Shown one piece after another: positions 30,150-39,148 of a stretch of DNA of 64,000 nt. Position 1 is the stretch's first letter; the number at the start of each line of letters is the position of its first letter. This stretch comes from Sedimentisphaerales bacterium (GTDB lineage: Bacteria; Planctomycetota; Phycisphaerae; Sedimentisphaerales; Anaerobacaceae): positions 224,001 to 288,000 of the forward strand of contig JAXGYC010000009.1 in the NCBI GenBank assembly GCA_040772485.1, in the 5' to 3' direction. Made by a program: the position numbers and the translations under genes. The notes below the pieces were generated by a model. The model was given only the letters and a program-made list of their open reading frames with translations, was not told the DNA's origin and searched no databases.

Positions 30150-30202
30150 GTCACTTCTCCTCTTGCATCTCTTCTCGGCAAGCCCGATCTGCCAAGCGTG
30201 GC

Positions 30203-31270
30203 CTACGGGATCGGCACCCAGTCGGGCTCCTTGTTGTGAAAGCCATCGTCGGTGATCTGGACCCATCGGCCGGTCAGGTCGCCGATGCAGATGTTCCAGC
30301 CCTCGGCCATGCCTCCGACCTGCTGGCCGCCGCGCGACGGGCCGTAGCTGAAGACAATGTACTTGCTGTCGGGCGAAAGGTCCACGTGGTAGACCTTGGA
30401 TCCGCGCGCGCAGCGGACGATCTCGCGGATGTTCGCGACCCGGGGCTCCGGGCCCTTCAGATCGATATCCGCGATCTGGAGATTCCAGTCGGTCTCGCCC
30501 CAGACCATCTGGGTCCCGTCGATGCTGAATTCGGGCCGGCATCCCTTGACCCCCCAGACTGCCAGGTCGAACACGCGCGGGCCGAAGGCGTCGAACGCGA
30601 TGATTGTGTCACTGTATCCCATTCCCCCGGAGACCGCCGCCAGAAACCACCTGCCGTCGGGCGACCAGCAGATGGCATAGAGGTGGTGCAGATTCGTGTT
30701 CACGTGCGGGCTGGTCCACTTGTGTTCCAGGTAGTAGAACATCAGCGCATCGGTGGCATACTCGCGGGTGCTGAACCGCTCGTATTCGTCGGTCAGGTAG
30801 GCGATGCTCTTGTTGTCGAAGCACCAGCAGGGCTCGCGCGCGTGCTCGGCGACGTGGACCCGGTCGGAGCCGTCGATCTTCATGTAGTAGACGTGTCGCA
30901 CGCGGTTTCTTCCGAACCCCTCGTCGACGACGAAGCAGATCTTGGTGCCGTCGGGCGAGACGTGGGGATACATCTCGTCCACGTCCGGCGTGTTGGTGAG
31001 GTTGACGGGATTCGAACCGTCCGCGTTCCTCATGAAGATTTCCCAGTTCTCCTTTCCCTCGGTCCGACGATAGGTTTCGTGGACGAGTTTGAAGGGGATC
31101 TTCGCCAGATCGATCGCTTCGCGAGGAAGGGGAATCTGCTTCGGCCGCATACGGACCGCTGGGGCCTCGGATTCGGCGGCCGCCTCGAAGCCGGGCGGTT
31201 CCGCCGCCTCCACAGAGGCAAGCCCCGCGAGCGCCAGTATGGCCCCCAGGGCGAGTGACATACGCTGCAT
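30203..31270 (-). CDS. Secreted TolB-like (PD40) beta-propeller protein, paralog of 29076..30149
   Basis: Signal peptide; PHVSPDG, CWSPDG, DLSPDS repeats; C-terminal NKEPDWVP shared with its neighbour. Confidence 0.82.
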   Translation of the reverse strand: MQRMSLALGAILALAGLASVEAAEPPGFEAAAESEAPAVRMRPKQIPLPREAIDLAKIPFKLVHETYRRTEGKENWEIFMRNADGSNPVNLTNTPDVDEMYPHVSPDGTKICFVVDEGFGRNRVRHVYYMKIDGSDRVHVAEHAREPCWCFDNKSIAYLTDEYERFSTREYATDALMFYYLEHKWTSPHVNTNLHHLYAICWSPDGRWFLAAVSGGMGYSDTIIAFDAFGPRVFDLAVWGVKGCRPEFSIDGTQMVWGETDWNLQIADIDLKGPEPRVANIREIVRCARGSKVYHVDLSPDSKYIVFSYGPSRGGQQVGGMAEGWNICIGDLTGRWVQITDDGFHNKEPDWVPIP

Positions 31271-31429
31271 GGTGGAAATCCCTCGAAAACCAGGCCGACG
31301 TTGAAATCAGGGTCCTTTCCTACCCAACAAGATACCCCCGGGCCTCGTACGGTGCAAGGGGGCTGGTTCTTCGTCGTCGGTGCCGGTCGCCCGACGGTCG
31401 GAATGGCGGGCAGATTGCCCATTTTCTTC

Positions 31430-31467
31430 TTGTGACCCCTACGACCGTCATGGTAAGATGGTAAGAT
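31430..31467 (+). promoter_or_regulatory. Possible sigma70-type promoter for the prepilin/LamG unit
   Basis: TTGTGA (31430) - 18 nt - TAAGAT (31454) with an extended TG; the TGGTAAGA unit is duplicated in tandem. Confidence 0.35.
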
Positions 31468-31531
31468 AGATAAGGCCTTTTCATAGGGAGGTACCATGAA
31501 CGGTGAGTCCACGTTGAGCGGGGGGACTACG

Positions 31532-32320
31532 ATGCGCAGAGCGTTTACCCTCATCGAATTGCTCGTCGTTATCGCGATTATCGCCATCCTGATGGCGGTG
31601 CTGATGCCGGCCCTGCACCGGGCCCGCGAGCAGGGCCGACGAGCCGCCTGCCTGAGCAATCTCAAGCAGTTGAGTCTGGCCTGGCTGATGTACGCGGACG
31701 AGAATGACGACCGGATCGTCAACGGCGCCACCGGCTTCAGCAACCAGAATCTGTCCTGGGGCGACCATACCAACGAGCTGGCCTGGGTTGACGGCTACCA
31801 TCCCCTGGACCAGGAGGCGGCGGAAGAGGATATCCGTCGCGGGGCGCTCTGGCCTTATGTCAAGAATGAGAAGATCTATCGCTGTCCCACCGGCCGACGC
31901 GGCGAGGCCTTCACGTATGCGATCATGTTTTCCATGAACGCGGTCAACCACCCTGCGACGCAGGGTGTGCGCGGCGCTCACGTCAAGAAGCGAAGCGAAA
32001 TCCGCAATCCGGCGCCGGCGTATCGACTGGTCTTCATCGACGAGGGGTTCATGACGTCGGATGCCTATGCCGTCAACTATGACCAGGAGCAGTGGTGGGA
32101 CGACCCGCCGGTGCGGCACGGCGACGGGACCAACATCTCGTTTGCCGACGGGCACGTCGAGCACTGGAAATGGAGAGGCACTGATACGATCAAACGGGCC
32201 CGGCTCGTCGCGGACAGTCACCAGGGCAACTGGACGCCGGAGACGCAAGAGGGTTTTGAGGACCTGTATCAGATGCAGAAGGGCTGCTGGGGCAAGCTCG
32301 GCTACACCCCCAGCCACTGA
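31532..32320 (+). CDS. Prepilin-type N-terminal cleavage/methylation protein with H-X9-DG motif
   Basis: [38 protein letters not shown]; paralog of 3183..3986. Alternative start 31496. Confidence 0.88.
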   Translation: MRRAFTLIELLVVIAIIAILMAVLMPALHRAREQGRRAACLSNLKQLSLAWLMYADENDDRIVNGATGFSNQNLSWGDHTNELAWVDGYHPLDQEAAEEDIRRGALWPYVKNEKIYRCPTGRRGEAFTYAIMFSMNAVNHPATQGVRGAHVKKRSEIRNPAPAYRLVFIDEGFMTSDAYAVNYDQEQWWDDPPVRHGDGTNISFADGHVEHWKWRGTDTIKRARLVADSHQGNWTPETQEGFEDLYQMQKGCWGKLGYTPSH

Positions 32321-32330
32321 GTCAAGTGAA

Positions 32331-32382
32331 CGGATTGCGGATTTCGGATTCGCCTCTGGCGCCTAATCCGCAATCCGAAATC
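32331..32382. repeat. 7-bp periodic palindrome (GGATTKC)n ... (AATCCGM)n
   Basis: cggattgcggatttcggatt ... aatccgcaatccgaaatc, just after the prepilin stop codon. Confidence 0.75.
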
Positions 32383-32509
32383 AGGATGGAAGGTGAAGAT
32401 GAGCCGCGCAAAGCGGATGCAGTTGGATCATGTCTCGGAGAAGGCGCGTGCTTACGCGTGTGTGGGCGCTGCGTGATACCATTCATCGGGTTTTGAAGGA
32501 GGACTGACT

Positions 32510-35353
32510 ATGCGCGTCACATTATCATGTTTGGCTTCACTTCTGTTGCTGCTGAGCCTGGCCGGCAGCGCCTCGGCCGATCTTGTAGGCCACTGGAAAC
32601 TCGATGAGGGTTCGGGGACGGTCGCCTATGATTCCAGCGGAAACGGAAACGACGGCACGCTTGCGGGAGCGCCTCAATGGGTGGCCGGCAACCTTGGTGG
32701 CGCGTTACAGGTGGGCGGCAGCGATTGGGTGGATTGCGGCAACGCCCTCGAGCTCACCGGGGCGATTACGATCGCCTGCTGGGTCAATCCCGATGCGCCG
32801 GGCGGCGAGCAGGGTTTTGTCGGCCGCACCGGGAACTACGCTCTCAAGGGCCATGAAACCGGCGTCCGCTTCACCACGCCCGGCGTTCTGGACCACAGCA
32901 GCACCACGATTACGCTGGAGGCGGGCACTTGGCAGCACGTCGCCGCCACCTTCGTGCCCAGCCAGAACGAAGGGCTCATCTTCTACTACAACGGCGAGGA
33001 AGCGGAGCGGTTGACCAGTTCGGCGATCAGCGCGGGCACCGGACCGCTGCTCATTGCCAGCAACCAGTGGGGCGAGAATCTGGTCGGCATGATCGACGAC
33101 GTGCGGGTCTTTGACCACATTCTGACGCCGGAGGAGGTGGTCGAGGCGATGCGGGGCGCCGACCCCGCGCTGGCGACCAACCCCAGCCCTGCCACGGAGG
33201 CGACGGATGTGCCTCGTGATGTCGTCCTGAGCTGGACGGCAGGCGAGTTCGCGGCGACGCACGATGTTTACTTCGGCACGTCTTTCGAAGACGTCAACGC
33301 GGCCAGCCGTGCCAATCCGATGGGCGTTCTGGCCGGCCAGGCTCAGACGACGACTGCGTTCGATCCGGCTGGTCTGCTCGATTTCGAGACGACCTACTAC
33401 TGGCGCGTCGACGAAGTCAATGCCGCTCCCGACAACACGATCTTCAAGGGCGAGGTCTGGTACTTCACCACCGAGCCGTTTGCTTACGCGATCCAGAACA
33501 TCGTTGCCACCAGCAACGGGATCTCCGAGCCGGGCGTGGGGCCCGAGAACACGGTCAACGGCTCCGGAATCAACGCCGCCGATCAGCACTCGACTGTCAG
33601 TGATGACATGTGGCTGGCCAGTGCCCCTGAAGGGGAGGCCCTGTACGTCCAGTACGAATTCGATCGCGTCTACAAGCTCTACGAGCTTCTGGTCTGGAAC
33701 TACAACGTGCAGTTCGAGATCATCCTCGGCTTCGGGCTCAAGGGCGTGACCGTCGAGTACTCCGAGAACGGGACCGACTGGACGGCGTTGGGCGATGTGG
33801 AGTTCGCCAAAGCGACGGCCAAAGAAACGTACGTGGCTAACACGACCGTTGACTTGGGTGGCGTCCCGGCCAAGTATGTGCGTCTGACCGTCAACAGCGG
33901 TTGGGGCATGATGGGCCAGTACGGCCTGAGCGAAGTCCGCTTCCTGTACATTCCCGCGCACGCGCGCCAGCCGCAACCGGCCGACGGCGCCACTGACGTG
34001 GATGTGAACACGTCGCTGACCTGGCGGGCCGGCCGCGAGGCCGTTTCCCATGAGGTCTATCTCGGAACGGCTCCGGACGCCCTGGCTCTGGCCGGAACGG
34101 TCGACAGCGCCACGTTTGTCCCGGGCAATCTGGAGTTCGGCGGCACCTACTATTGGCAGATTGTCGAGGTCAATGAGGCCGACGCCGTCACGGCATGGGC
34201 CGGCGACGTGTGGAGCTTCACCGCCCAGGAATATGCCTGGATCGACGACTTCGAGAGCTACACCGACGACATCGAGGCCGGCACCGCGATCTTCGACACC
34301 TGGCTCGACGGCTGGGTCAACGGCACCGGTTCCACCGTCGGCTATCTCGAAATGCCGTTTGCCGAGACATCCATCGTTCACAGCGGCGAACAGTCCATGC
34401 CACTGGCGTATGACAACAGCGTCTCGCCGTTCTATGCCGAAGCCGAGCGCGAATTTGACACCGCCCAGAACTGGACGGGCAACGGCGCCGACACCCTCGT
34501 TATGCACGTTCGCGGCAATCCGCCCGTCTTCGTCGAGCGGGCCGACGGCACGATTCTGATGGGCAGCACCGGCGGCGACATCTGGGATACCTCCGATGCC
34601 TTCCGGTTCGCCTACAAGCGTTTGAGCGGCAACGGCTCCATCACGGCGCGGGTCGACAGCATCTATAACACCAGCGGCTGGGCCAAGGGCGGCGTGATGA
34701 TCCGCGAGACGCTCGATCCAGGCTCCAAGCACGCCATGGTGGTGGTCACGCCGGGCAACGGTGTGGCTCTCCAGAACCGGCCGACCATGAATCAGGCGAG
34801 TCTGAGCGTCAATGAAGCGGGCCTGACGGCGCCGTACTGGGTGCGGTTGACCCGGACGGGTGACAGCCTCAAGGCCGAGCGCAGCGCTGATGGCGTGACA
34901 TGGGCGAGCATCACAGCCAATGCAGCGGCCTCCACGCTGACGATTTCGATGGCCGGCGAGGTCTACATCGGTCTGGCGCTGGTCAGCAACAACGCCGGAG
35001 CCAGTCCGACGAGCGCCGAATTTGCCGAGGTCGGCACGACCGGCAACGTGACCGGGTCGTGGCAGACGGCCGATATCGGCGGCGGCCAGCGGACCAGCAA
35101 CGATCCTGAACCGATGTACGTGCGGATCGAAGACAGCACGGGCGCCAGCGCGACGGTCACGAGTCCCAATGAGGAAATCGGGCTCAGTCTGACTTGGCAG
35201 TCGTGGGCGATCCCGTACAGCGAGCTATCCGGCGTGAATCTGAGCCGGGTCGAGAAGATGGTCATCGGCATCGGCAGTGCGACCAGTCCGGCCGCTGGCG
35301 GCGCCGGGCTGATCTATATCGACGACATCGGCTTCGGCTCGCCTGTGGAGTAG
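32510..35353 (+). CDS. Large secreted LamG/ConA-like + Fn3-like + F5/8 + CBM-like multidomain protein
   Basis: Signal peptide; LVGHWKLDEGSG...GMIDDVRVF (LamG); two NP/QP-x-PA...HxVYxGT...YYW modules; discoidin-like LSEVRF; AAGGAGG RBS. Confidence 0.85.
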   Translation: MRVTLSCLASLLLLLSLAGSASADLVGHWKLDEGSGTVAYDSSGNGNDGTLAGAPQWVAGNLGGALQVGGSDWVDCGNALELTGAITIACWVNPDAPGGEQGFVGRTGNYALKGHETGVRFTTPGVLDHSSTTITLEAGTWQHVAATFVPSQNEGLIFYYNGEEAERLTSSAISAGTGPLLIASNQWGENLVGMIDDVRVFDHILTPEEVVEAMRGADPALATNPSPATEATDVPRDVVLSWTAGEFAATHDVYFGTSFEDVNAASRANPMGVLAGQAQTTTAFDPAGLLDFETTYYWRVDEVNAAPDNTIFKGEVWYFTTEPFAYAIQNIVATSNGISEPGVGPENTVNGSGINAADQHSTVSDDMWLASAPEGEALYVQYEFDRVYKLYELLVWNYNVQFEIILGFGLKGVTVEYSENGTDWTALGDVEFAKATAKETYVANTTVDLGGVPAKYVRLTVNSGWGMMGQYGLSEVRFLYIPAHARQPQPADGATDVDVNTSLTWRAGREAVSHEVYLGTAPDALALAGTVDSATFVPGNLEFGGTYYWQIVEVNEADAVTAWAGDVWSFTAQEYAWIDDFESYTDDIEAGTAIFDTWLDGWVNGTGSTVGYLEMPFAETSIVHSGEQSMPLAYDNSVSPFYAEAEREFDTAQNWTGNGADTLVMHVRGNPPVFVERADGTILMGSTGGDIWDTSDAFRFAYKRLSGNGSITARVDSIYNTSGWAKGGVMIRETLDPGSKHAMVVVTPGNGVALQNRPTMNQASLSVNEAGLTAPYWVRLTRTGDSLKAERSADGVTWASITANAAASTLTISMAGEVYIGLALVSNNAGASPTSAEFAEVGTTGNVTGSWQTADIGGGQRTSNDPEPMYVRIEDSTGASATVTSPNEEIGLSLTWQSWAIPYSELSGVNLSRVEKMVIGIGSATSPAAGGAGLIYIDDIGFGSPVE

Positions 35354-35383
35354 TTCCAGGCTGGAAACAATGGAATGATGGAA

Positions 35384-35454
35384 GTAGGGGCGTTCCGGCT
35401 CGCCGGGACGCCCCTATGCTTTTTCGGAATGAAATCCCGATGCATATCGGGATT
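35384..35454. repeat. GTAG-type hairpin plus ATCCCGAT palindrome between convergent genes (possible bidirectional terminator)
   Basis: gtaggggcgttccggctcgccgggacgcccctat followed by a T-run, then aatcccgatgcatatcgggatt. Confidence 0.6.
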
Positions 35455-35485
35455 GTTTTGAGCCGATACGTGAATCGATCCGATT

Positions 35486-36823
35486 CTATGGCGTCGCCTG
35501 ACCCGCGAAGTGCCAGACGATATCGTAGTCGGTCTTCTGCTTGGGCCGCATAGCGAGGCCACCGTTGTCCTTCTGATCCGGGCCGACACTGTACAGATCG
35601 AACCCGGCGTCTTGTCGCCGGTACAGCAAACTGGCCTGCGAGAAAGGATCGCGAACACCGTCCGGATCGAGAGCGCCAAGGGTCTCAGGGAAGCCGCCGT
35701 GCGTGGCTTGGTACTGCAACAGGACCAGCCCTGCGCGAGTGACACGGACCTGTGCGATCGTCCGCAGATAGACCTCCTTGACGCGGCCGAGCGCCGGCAG
35801 GAGGGTTCGTGTCAGCACATGCCGCCTGTGTGTCTCGAGTAGCTCTCGGTCAAACGCTCCGGCTTCATTGGGATCGTACGGTTCGCTGAAGCGATTCGTG
35901 CAGTCCTGCATCAGCCGCAGGTAAGCGGCGTGGTCCGCCAGGAAGAGCGGCTTGAACGACACGCGAAGAAACAGCAGTCGCGAGATGATGTCGGGCATGT
36001 CGTCCTCGTCCAGCGTGTCGCGCAATTCCTTCCTTGGCAGACGGAACGTGTGCTCGCCAAAGAGGAATCGTTCGCCGTCGGCGGCCATAATCAGAGGGGC
36101 GATGTCGTCGTATCCGCCGAGCAACTCCTGAAGGTCACGCAATCGCTGCTCGCTGGGGACCGAGGTCTCACACAGTCTCTGAATGGTGGTGCACGCCAGA
36201 TTGATCTGAGCGACTCGGACCAGTTGGCTGACGATGATCGGCTCGGTTCGCAGGGCATTGGCGAACTTCAGTTGGATCAGGGCGGTGTCCCAGGCCTCCT
36301 CGGCCTGTCCATCCTTCGCGTGGAGCAGTGCCTTGGCCCCGAGGATCCGCGCCAAGGTGCGCTGCTCGGCGAGGTGGGACAGGGGCATCGAGATGCCGGC
36401 GCTGTAGTCGTTGTCGAAACGGCACGAGGGACGCTGCGCTCCCTGCGTGAGCATCGACAGCGCCTGGGCAATCACCTCCTGCCGAAGCAGGCTCTCAAGC
36501 TCGGCCTGTTCTTCCGGATCGAGAAGCTTCTCGCTGGAACGTCCTGCGAGACTGCCCAGGTATGCCAGGAGGTCCTTTTCCGGCGCCGGCTGGGCCTTGA
36601 GCAGCAGAGCAGCGCTCTGGTACAGCAGGGCCGCGTTGTTCGCGTCGGGCACATTCGGCGGAATGACCTGGGCGACTTGTGTCGGACGCCCGGCCTTCTC
36701 CAGGGCGGCATAGGCCCGACGGAGCTTCGCAGCCGAAGCCGCCACCGCCACAGCATAGACGATGCCGAGAACGACGACGACAATCACAACACCCGTCAGG
36801 ATTCGAACCGTTCTTCTGCGCAT
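35486..36823 (-). CDS. Membrane-anchored helical protein with GspG/pseudopilin-like C-terminal motif
   Basis: N-terminal TM; C-terminal DPFS...FDLYSVGPDQKDNGG; third gene of the ECF unit. Confidence 0.65.
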   Translation of the reverse strand: MRRRTVRILTGVVIVVVVLGIVYAVAVAASAAKLRRAYAALEKAGRPTQVAQVIPPNVPDANNAALLYQSAALLLKAQPAPEKDLLAYLGSLAGRSSEKLLDPEEQAELESLLRQEVIAQALSMLTQGAQRPSCRFDNDYSAGISMPLSHLAEQRTLARILGAKALLHAKDGQAEEAWDTALIQLKFANALRTEPIIVSQLVRVAQINLACTTIQRLCETSVPSEQRLRDLQELLGGYDDIAPLIMAADGERFLFGEHTFRLPRKELRDTLDEDDMPDIISRLLFLRVSFKPLFLADHAAYLRLMQDCTNRFSEPYDPNEAGAFDRELLETHRRHVLTRTLLPALGRVKEVYLRTIAQVRVTRAGLVLLQYQATHGGFPETLGALDPDGVRDPFSQASLLYRRQDAGFDLYSVGPDQKDNGGLAMRPKQKTDYDIVWHFAGQATP

Positions 36824-36846
36824 GAGAGTATCCCTTCGATCTGCCT

Positions 36847-37341
36847 TTATGAGTAGGAGCCGAAAGCTGTCTGCGCCGGGATCACCCGGCTTTGCCCTTC
36901 GATGAGTGTAGACGCGTTCGCGCTGCCCTGGGTCTCGTCGAGGATCTGGCGGATGCGTGTGACATGTTCACGCAGAGTCGATGCGTCGATGGCGGAGGGT
37001 CGGCCCCGCAGCCTCAGATGCACCGCCGCCAGATCAGCCGAGCCCAGCAAGGCCTCGAGATTGACGGGCTCCTGGATTGCCGCCGCGACGTCCCCGGATC
37101 GCCATGGCGAGACGGTGTGGTCGCCGTACCGATCGGCCAGGGCGACGACGATCACCGCCGCCGCGGCCGCAACGGCGAGACGCCTCAGGAAGATTCGCGC
37201 GGGAATGTCGATCGAATCTCGTCGCCAGACCTTCTGCGCTGCCGCTATGACACGTGCCTTCAGTGCGTCCGAAGGACCGGGCAAACCCGCCGCCTTCATC
37301 AAACGCTCGATCTTGTCCTGATCTGTGTCCATTCCACTCAT
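36847..37341 (-). CDS. Putative anti-sigma factor (single TM)
   Basis: 2 nt downstream of the ECF sigma gene; P-S-D-A-L-K-A-R-V-I cytoplasmic segment followed by an AVAAAAAVIVV TM. Confidence 0.6.
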   Translation of the reverse strand: MSGMDTDQDKIERLMKAAGLPGPSDALKARVIAAAQKVWRRDSIDIPARIFLRRLAVAAAAAVIVVALADRYGDHTVSPWRSGDVAAAIQEPVNLEALLGSADLAAVHLRLRGRPSAIDASTLREHVTRIRQILDETQGSANASTLIEGQSRVIPAQTAFGSYS

Positions 37342-37343
37342 GA

Positions 37344-37877
37344 CTATCGCTCCCCCAACAGGGTTCGCAGCCTTTCCATTCCGTAGCGGTATCGGCCGGC
37401 CGCTGTGTTGAGCGAGATGCCCATGATCCGGGCAATCTCCTCAAACGTCTTGTCGCGGTATACCTTCAATACCACCGCCTGACGCTGGGACTCGGGCAGG
37501 CGGCTCAGGGCCACCTCCAGCAGTTCTACGACATCGGTGCGCTCCGGGCCGGCCTCCGACGCCTCCAGCCAGGAGTCCTTGGCCGCCTCGTCCTTTCGAT
37601 CGCGTCGGCGCCGGCGCGTGTATGAAACGGCCTCGTTGCGAGCGATTCGGTAGATGTAGGCGTCCAAGTGGCCGGCTTTGGCCAGCTTGCGGCGTTTGCC
37701 CGCGATTCGAACGAAGACGGCCTGGAGGACGTCTTCGGCATCGTGGCGGCAGCAGAGCTTCGTCACCAGATACGCCAGCAGGCTGTCCGCGTACCGCTGC
37801 CATATCAGCTCGACCGCGGCCGGATCATCCCGGCCCAGCGCCTCTCGTATCGCCTCATCGAGGCTGCGTTTGTCCAA
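37344..37877 (-). CDS. ECF RNA polymerase sigma factor
   Basis: DAEDVLQAVF and YIYRIARN (region 2); LSRLPESQR...TFEEIARIMGISLNT (region 4). TTG start uncertain. Confidence 0.9.
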   Translation of the reverse strand: MDKRSLDEAIREALGRDDPAAVELIWQRYADSLLAYLVTKLCCRHDAEDVLQAVFVRIAGKRRKLAKAGHLDAYIYRIARNEAVSYTRRRRRDRKDEAAKDSWLEASEAGPERTDVVELLEVALSRLPESQRQAVVLKVYRDKTFEEIARIMGISLNTAAGRYRYGMERLRTLLGER

Positions 37878-38010
37878 GTTCTCTGTCCTCGACTCGGATG
37901 CTCATTCTCACGGCAAGACGCCCTGAACCCATCTGATTTGTATACGTAACAGAATCATTCGTCTATCTTGACACGGGAAAGGACAGAAGGGAACATGGAT
38001 GAACCGATTC

Positions 38011-38084
38011 GTAGGGGCGAGGCATGCCTCGCCCCTACCTCGTACCTCGGCGCGCTTCACGAGATACGAGACACGAGATCCGAG
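38011..38084. repeat. Perfect 28-bp GTAG REP palindrome followed by ACGAGAY 7-mer tandem
   Basis: GTAGGGGCGAGGCATGCCTCGCCCCTAC (38011-38038); acgagat acgagac acgagat ccgag (38059-38084). Confidence 0.85.
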
Positions 38085-38098
38085 CTGCGTGGTCAGGG

Positions 38099-39148
38099 AT
38101 GGCGGAAAAAGCAAAGCCAAAGACGATCCTGTTGAAGCAGCCGGCCATGCGTCGCGTGCTGCTGGCCTTGCTGCCCTGCGTGGCAGGCGGGATCTATTTC
38201 TTCGGCTGGAGGAGTCTTTTCCTGATCGTCTGGGCCGCCATCATCGGCTTCGTGGTCGAGCATATCTTCACTCGCCGTCGTCGCGAGCCGGTCAGCGAGG
38301 CCGTTTTTGTCACCACGACCCTGTTCGCCCTGGTCATGCCGCCGACGGTCCCGCTGCACGTGCTGACGATCGGCGTGGTGTTCGCGGTCATGTTCACCAA
38401 GGAGCTCTTCGGCGGTTTCGGACGCAACATCTTCAATCCCGCCCTGGCCGGCCGCTGCTTCGTCTATATCTGCTTTCCCGTGGCGCTCACGGCCACCTGG
38501 GCCCCGGCCGCCGGCAGCCCCTGGGGCGCTCTGAATCTCTGGACTACGGCGTCGAGCCCGGACGCCGTCACGGGCGCCACACCGCTGGCCCATCTCAAGG
38601 CCGGCAAGATCGTCCTGGGCATGGACAAGGCGGCCAGCTTTGACATTCCCTTCGAGATCGACGAAGGACAGACCGCGCGAGTACACAAGAAGGCGTTGCT
38701 GCGAGGGCTGCTCTTCGGAAGAATCAGCGGCACGATGGGAGTGACCAGCGCGCTGCTGATCTCAATCGGCGGTCTCTATCTGTTCTGGACGAAGACGGCC
38801 AACCGGACGATCATCGTGACTTTGATTGTCACGTACGGTCTGCTCAGCCAGATTCTCCATTCGTTCGGCGTTGCGCCTGTGCCGACGGCCTGGACAGCGG
38901 TGCTCGGCGGAGGCTTTCTGCTCGGCGCGTTCTTCATGGCCACCGATCCGGTCAGCTCGCCGAAGACGAACCTCGCCAGAATCATCTACGCGATCATCAT
39001 CGGCGTCTGCACCGTCGTGATCCGCAACTTCTCGATCTTCAACGGCGGCCTGATGTTCTCGATCCTCATCGGCAACATGTTCGCCCCCATCCTCGACTAC
39101 GCGGTTCGGGCGCGTCAATCGGCCAGGAAGGCCGGGGGGCGGGCGTGA
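38099..39148 (+). CDS. nqrB: NqrB/RnfD family membrane subunit
   Basis: KELFGGFGRNIFNPALAGR, covalent FMN site VTGATPL, GAFFMATDPVSSP, GNMFAPILD. Confidence 0.8.
   Translation: MAEKAKPKTILLKQPAMRRVLLALLPCVAGGIYFFGWRSLFLIVWAAIIGFVVEHIFTRRRREPVSEAVFVTTTLFALVMPPTVPLHVLTIGVVFAVMFTKELFGGFGRNIFNPALAGRCFVYICFPVALTATWAPAAGSPWGALNLWTTASSPDAVTGATPLAHLKAGKIVLGMDKAASFDIPFEIDEGQTARVHKKALLRGLLFGRISGTMGVTSALLISIGGLYLFWTKTANRTIIVTLIVTYGLLSQILHSFGVAPVPTAWTAVLGGGFLLGAFFMATDPVSSPKTNLARIIYAIIIGVCTVVIRNFSIFNGGLMFSILIGNMFAPILDYAVRARQSARKAGGRA

Noticed and set aside
29076..31270. Calling these genes tolB of a Tol-Pal system
   Set aside because: No TolB N-terminal domain and no tolQ/tolR/tolA/pal neighbours.
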